Shown: piece after piece, positions 62,091-64,000 of the stretch
Layout of the letters: each line of letters opens with the position of its first letter
How positions within the stretch are numbered: position 1 is the first letter of the stretch
NCBI GenBank assembly: GCA_037305845.1
Contig: CP147778.1
Location: forward strand, 3,392,001-3,456,000
Direction: 5' to 3'
DNA length: 64,000 bases
DNA from: Candidatus Freyarchaeum deiterrae
GTDB taxonomy: Archaea; Asgardarchaeota; Jordiarchaeia; Jordiarchaeales; Jordiarchaeaceae
Notes under the pieces: model-generated
Told to the model about the DNA's origin: nothing
Databases searched by the model: none
Seen by the model: only the letters and a program-made list of their open reading frames with translations
Position numbers and translations under genes: made by a program

Positions 62091-63248
62091 TTATTTTTTT
62101 GGTAGTTCACTTGCGATTCTTAGTTTCTGTACTTCGCTGGTTCCCTCGTATATGCTGATAATTCTTGCGTCGCGGAATATTCTTTCTATGGGGAAGTCTT
62201 TTGTGTATCCGTATCCTCCGTGAATCTGGAGGGATAGGTTTGCAGCTTTCATGGCGATTTCTGCCCCCGCCAGTTTTGCCATCGCCGCTTCCATGGAGAT
62301 TCTTACGCCCTTATCCTTGAAATAAGCCGCCTTGTAGGTCAAGAGGCGGGCTGCTTCTATTTCTTTGGCCATTTCGGCTAGCATCCACTGTATCGCTTGG
62401 AAGTTGGATATGGGTTGACCGAATTGAACTCTTTGTTTGGAGTATTTCAGAGCCTCGTCCAAAGCGGATTGAGCCACTCCTACGCCTTGGGCTGCCATAC
62501 CGATTCTTGCTTGGTCGAGTGTGATCATGCCTAGCTTGTATCCTTCGCCCACTTTTCCCAGCACGTTCTCCTTTGGGACGCGGCAGTCTTCGAAGGTGAG
62601 AGACTTGGCGGTTTCAGCGCAGTGCTGCCCCATTTTTCTTTCAGGCTTACCAGGCTTGAAACCCGGGGTGTTTCTATCAACTATTATAATGCTTATTGGT
62701 TTCTTTTTCGGGTCACTAGCTTCGACTCCTTCGGTTTTGGCGAAAACTAGGTAAACTCCGGCCACTATGCCGTTGGTTACCCATTGTTTTTGTCCATTTA
62801 TTATCCATTCATCGCCGTCAAGCACAGCTGTGGTTTTTATACTTGAGGCATCGGATCCCGCTTCCATTTCGGTTAGTGAGAATGCTCCTATCATTTCTCC
62901 TCTGGCCAGTTTCGGTAAATACTTTCTTTTCTGTTCTTCTGTACCGTAGCGGTTCAGGGGCCAGCAGCACACTCCGTTGTGAACTTGGATGATTGTTCCT
63001 ACTGAAGTCCAAGCTCTGGAGAGTTCCTCCGTGAGGATTGCTGCGCTTATGCTGTCCACTTCTGATCCTTCGTATTCTTCTGGTATCGTTACTCCTAGGT
63101 AGCCGAGGTCGGCTGCCTTGTTTATGACTTCCCAGGGGAACACGGCCTTTTCTTCGTACTCCACGACTCTTGGAGCCAGTTCCTTCTCTGCAAATTCTCT
63201 GGCGGTTTGCCTTATTGTTTCCTGTTCTTCATTTAGGTCAAAATCCAT
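62091..63248 (-). CDS. Acyl-CoA dehydrogenase
   Basis: FSLTEMEAGSD, NGQKQWVTNG, RVQFGQPI, QIHGGYGY, IYEGTSEVQ. Confidence 0.95.
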   Translation of the reverse strand: MDFDLNEEQETIRQTAREFAEKELAPRVVEYEEKAVFPWEVINKAADLGYLGVTIPEEYEGSEVDSISAAILTEELSRAWTSVGTIIQVHNGVCCWPLNRYGTEEQKRKYLPKLARGEMIGAFSLTEMEAGSDASSIKTTAVLDGDEWIINGQKQWVTNGIVAGVYLVFAKTEGVEASDPKKKPISIIIVDRNTPGFKPGKPERKMGQHCAETAKSLTFEDCRVPKENVLGKVGEGYKLGMITLDQARIGMAAQGVGVAQSALDEALKYSKQRVQFGQPISNFQAIQWMLAEMAKEIEAARLLTYKAAYFKDKGVRISMEAAMAKLAGAEIAMKAANLSLQIHGGYGYTKDFPIERIFRDARIISIYEGTSEVQKLRIASELPKK

Positions 63249-63632
63249 TTCTCGATAACACCTCAAAACGGCGTCAGTGTCTGTTAAACGCATTGCGAAT
63301 AATGATACTTTCTAGACAAGTCGTGAACCTGAGGTATATATTTATAGTTTACCCGCAAAAATTTTTAACCATGGAGTGAGCCTAAGCTATTTTTCTTACC
63401 CATTGGTTTCCCTACCTCCATATGGCAATCAGGATTATCAATCAACTCCGTTTTGCCAATAAAATAGAAAAACAAGATTTAAATTTATGTTTTTTTTATA
63501 GTAAAACATTTATATTATAGATTACGAATTAATAATCAAGGAAGCATGTTTAAACTGAGCACCTTAGAGAGAAAACCATTAACTACCAATTTTACCTCGC
63601 ACACTTCTAAAAAATTTCGGAGGGGCAAAAAA

Positions 63633-64000
63633 ATGTCTGAAGATTTAAACCTTGTTGACAAATTAAAGCGGGAGTTGGCTTCCTTCGACACTCCTAGTGA
63701 AAGAGGTTTTGCTCTCTTGACTAAGAAGGGTAAGGTGCTGTACTCGGATTTGCCGAGCGATGTTGAACAGAAAGTACTTCTTTTCAAAAAAAGTCTTCCC
63801 GGTTTAACCGTTGGATCAAATATTACACTACTCGAAAAACCCCGCACCATTGTAGTAATGTGCACTTCTGAAAAAACGCTGATGGTTTTAAGGACCAGAC
63901 AGGGCATAGGCGTTACCCTAGTCAAACTATCAAGCATCGCAAAAAAATACTCTGACGAATTCGATAGATACTTGGACACCGTGCGCAAAGAAAACAAAAA
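63633..64000 (+). CDS. Roadblock/LC7-like domain protein, runs off the window
   Basis: GGAGGGG RBS; MSEDLNLVDKLKREL...GFALLTKKGKVLYSDLP...IVVM...LMVLRT..IGVTLVKLSSIAKKY; open to the window end and absent from the ORF track. Confidence 0.55.
   Translation, partial: MSEDLNLVDKLKRELASFDTPSERGFALLTKKGKVLYSDLPSDVEQKVLLFKKSLPGLTVGSNITLLEKPRTIVVMCTSEKTLMVLRTRQGIGVTLVKLSSIAKKYSDEFDRYLDTVRKENK

Noticed and set aside
63536-63997. 153-aa minus-strand ORF
   Set aside because: Shadow of the plus-strand roadblock-like ORF, which has the RBS.

Overview
Accessory region of an archaeal genome, most likely an Asgard archaeon. This is inferred from TATA/BRE promoters, longin-like and roadblock-like genes, NosD beta-helix surface proteins and RING-like zinc fingers. 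I found no rRNA, tRNA, CRISPR array or transposase. Positions 1-21 kb are a mosaic stress island: a DNA methyltransferase, MntP, AlkD-, AlkZ- and SplB-like repair genes, PerR with katG inserted into a broken katE, a hybrid kinase, and HgcC-like plus arsM. Several GC-rich foreign pieces there are spliced behind resident 5' ends. The main candidate new system is a modular family of membrane proteins. An identical-length (231 bp, 76 aa) zinc-ribbon plus RING-like module, with E2-binding Trp/Pro spacing, is fused to three unrelated membrane or ectodomain modules: a 2-TM protein, a beta-helix single-pass receptor-like protein and one member of a 10-copy RPxG...VKxxFE membrane family with a hypervariable loop. 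RING-less paralogues, shared promoters and a zinc-ribbon-tailed membrane subtilase occur in the same window. This suggests a diversified transmembrane receptor / ubiquitin-ligase system, which is inference and needs HMM, structural and biochemical tests. The rest is transport, metal homeostasis and redox or metabolic genes.
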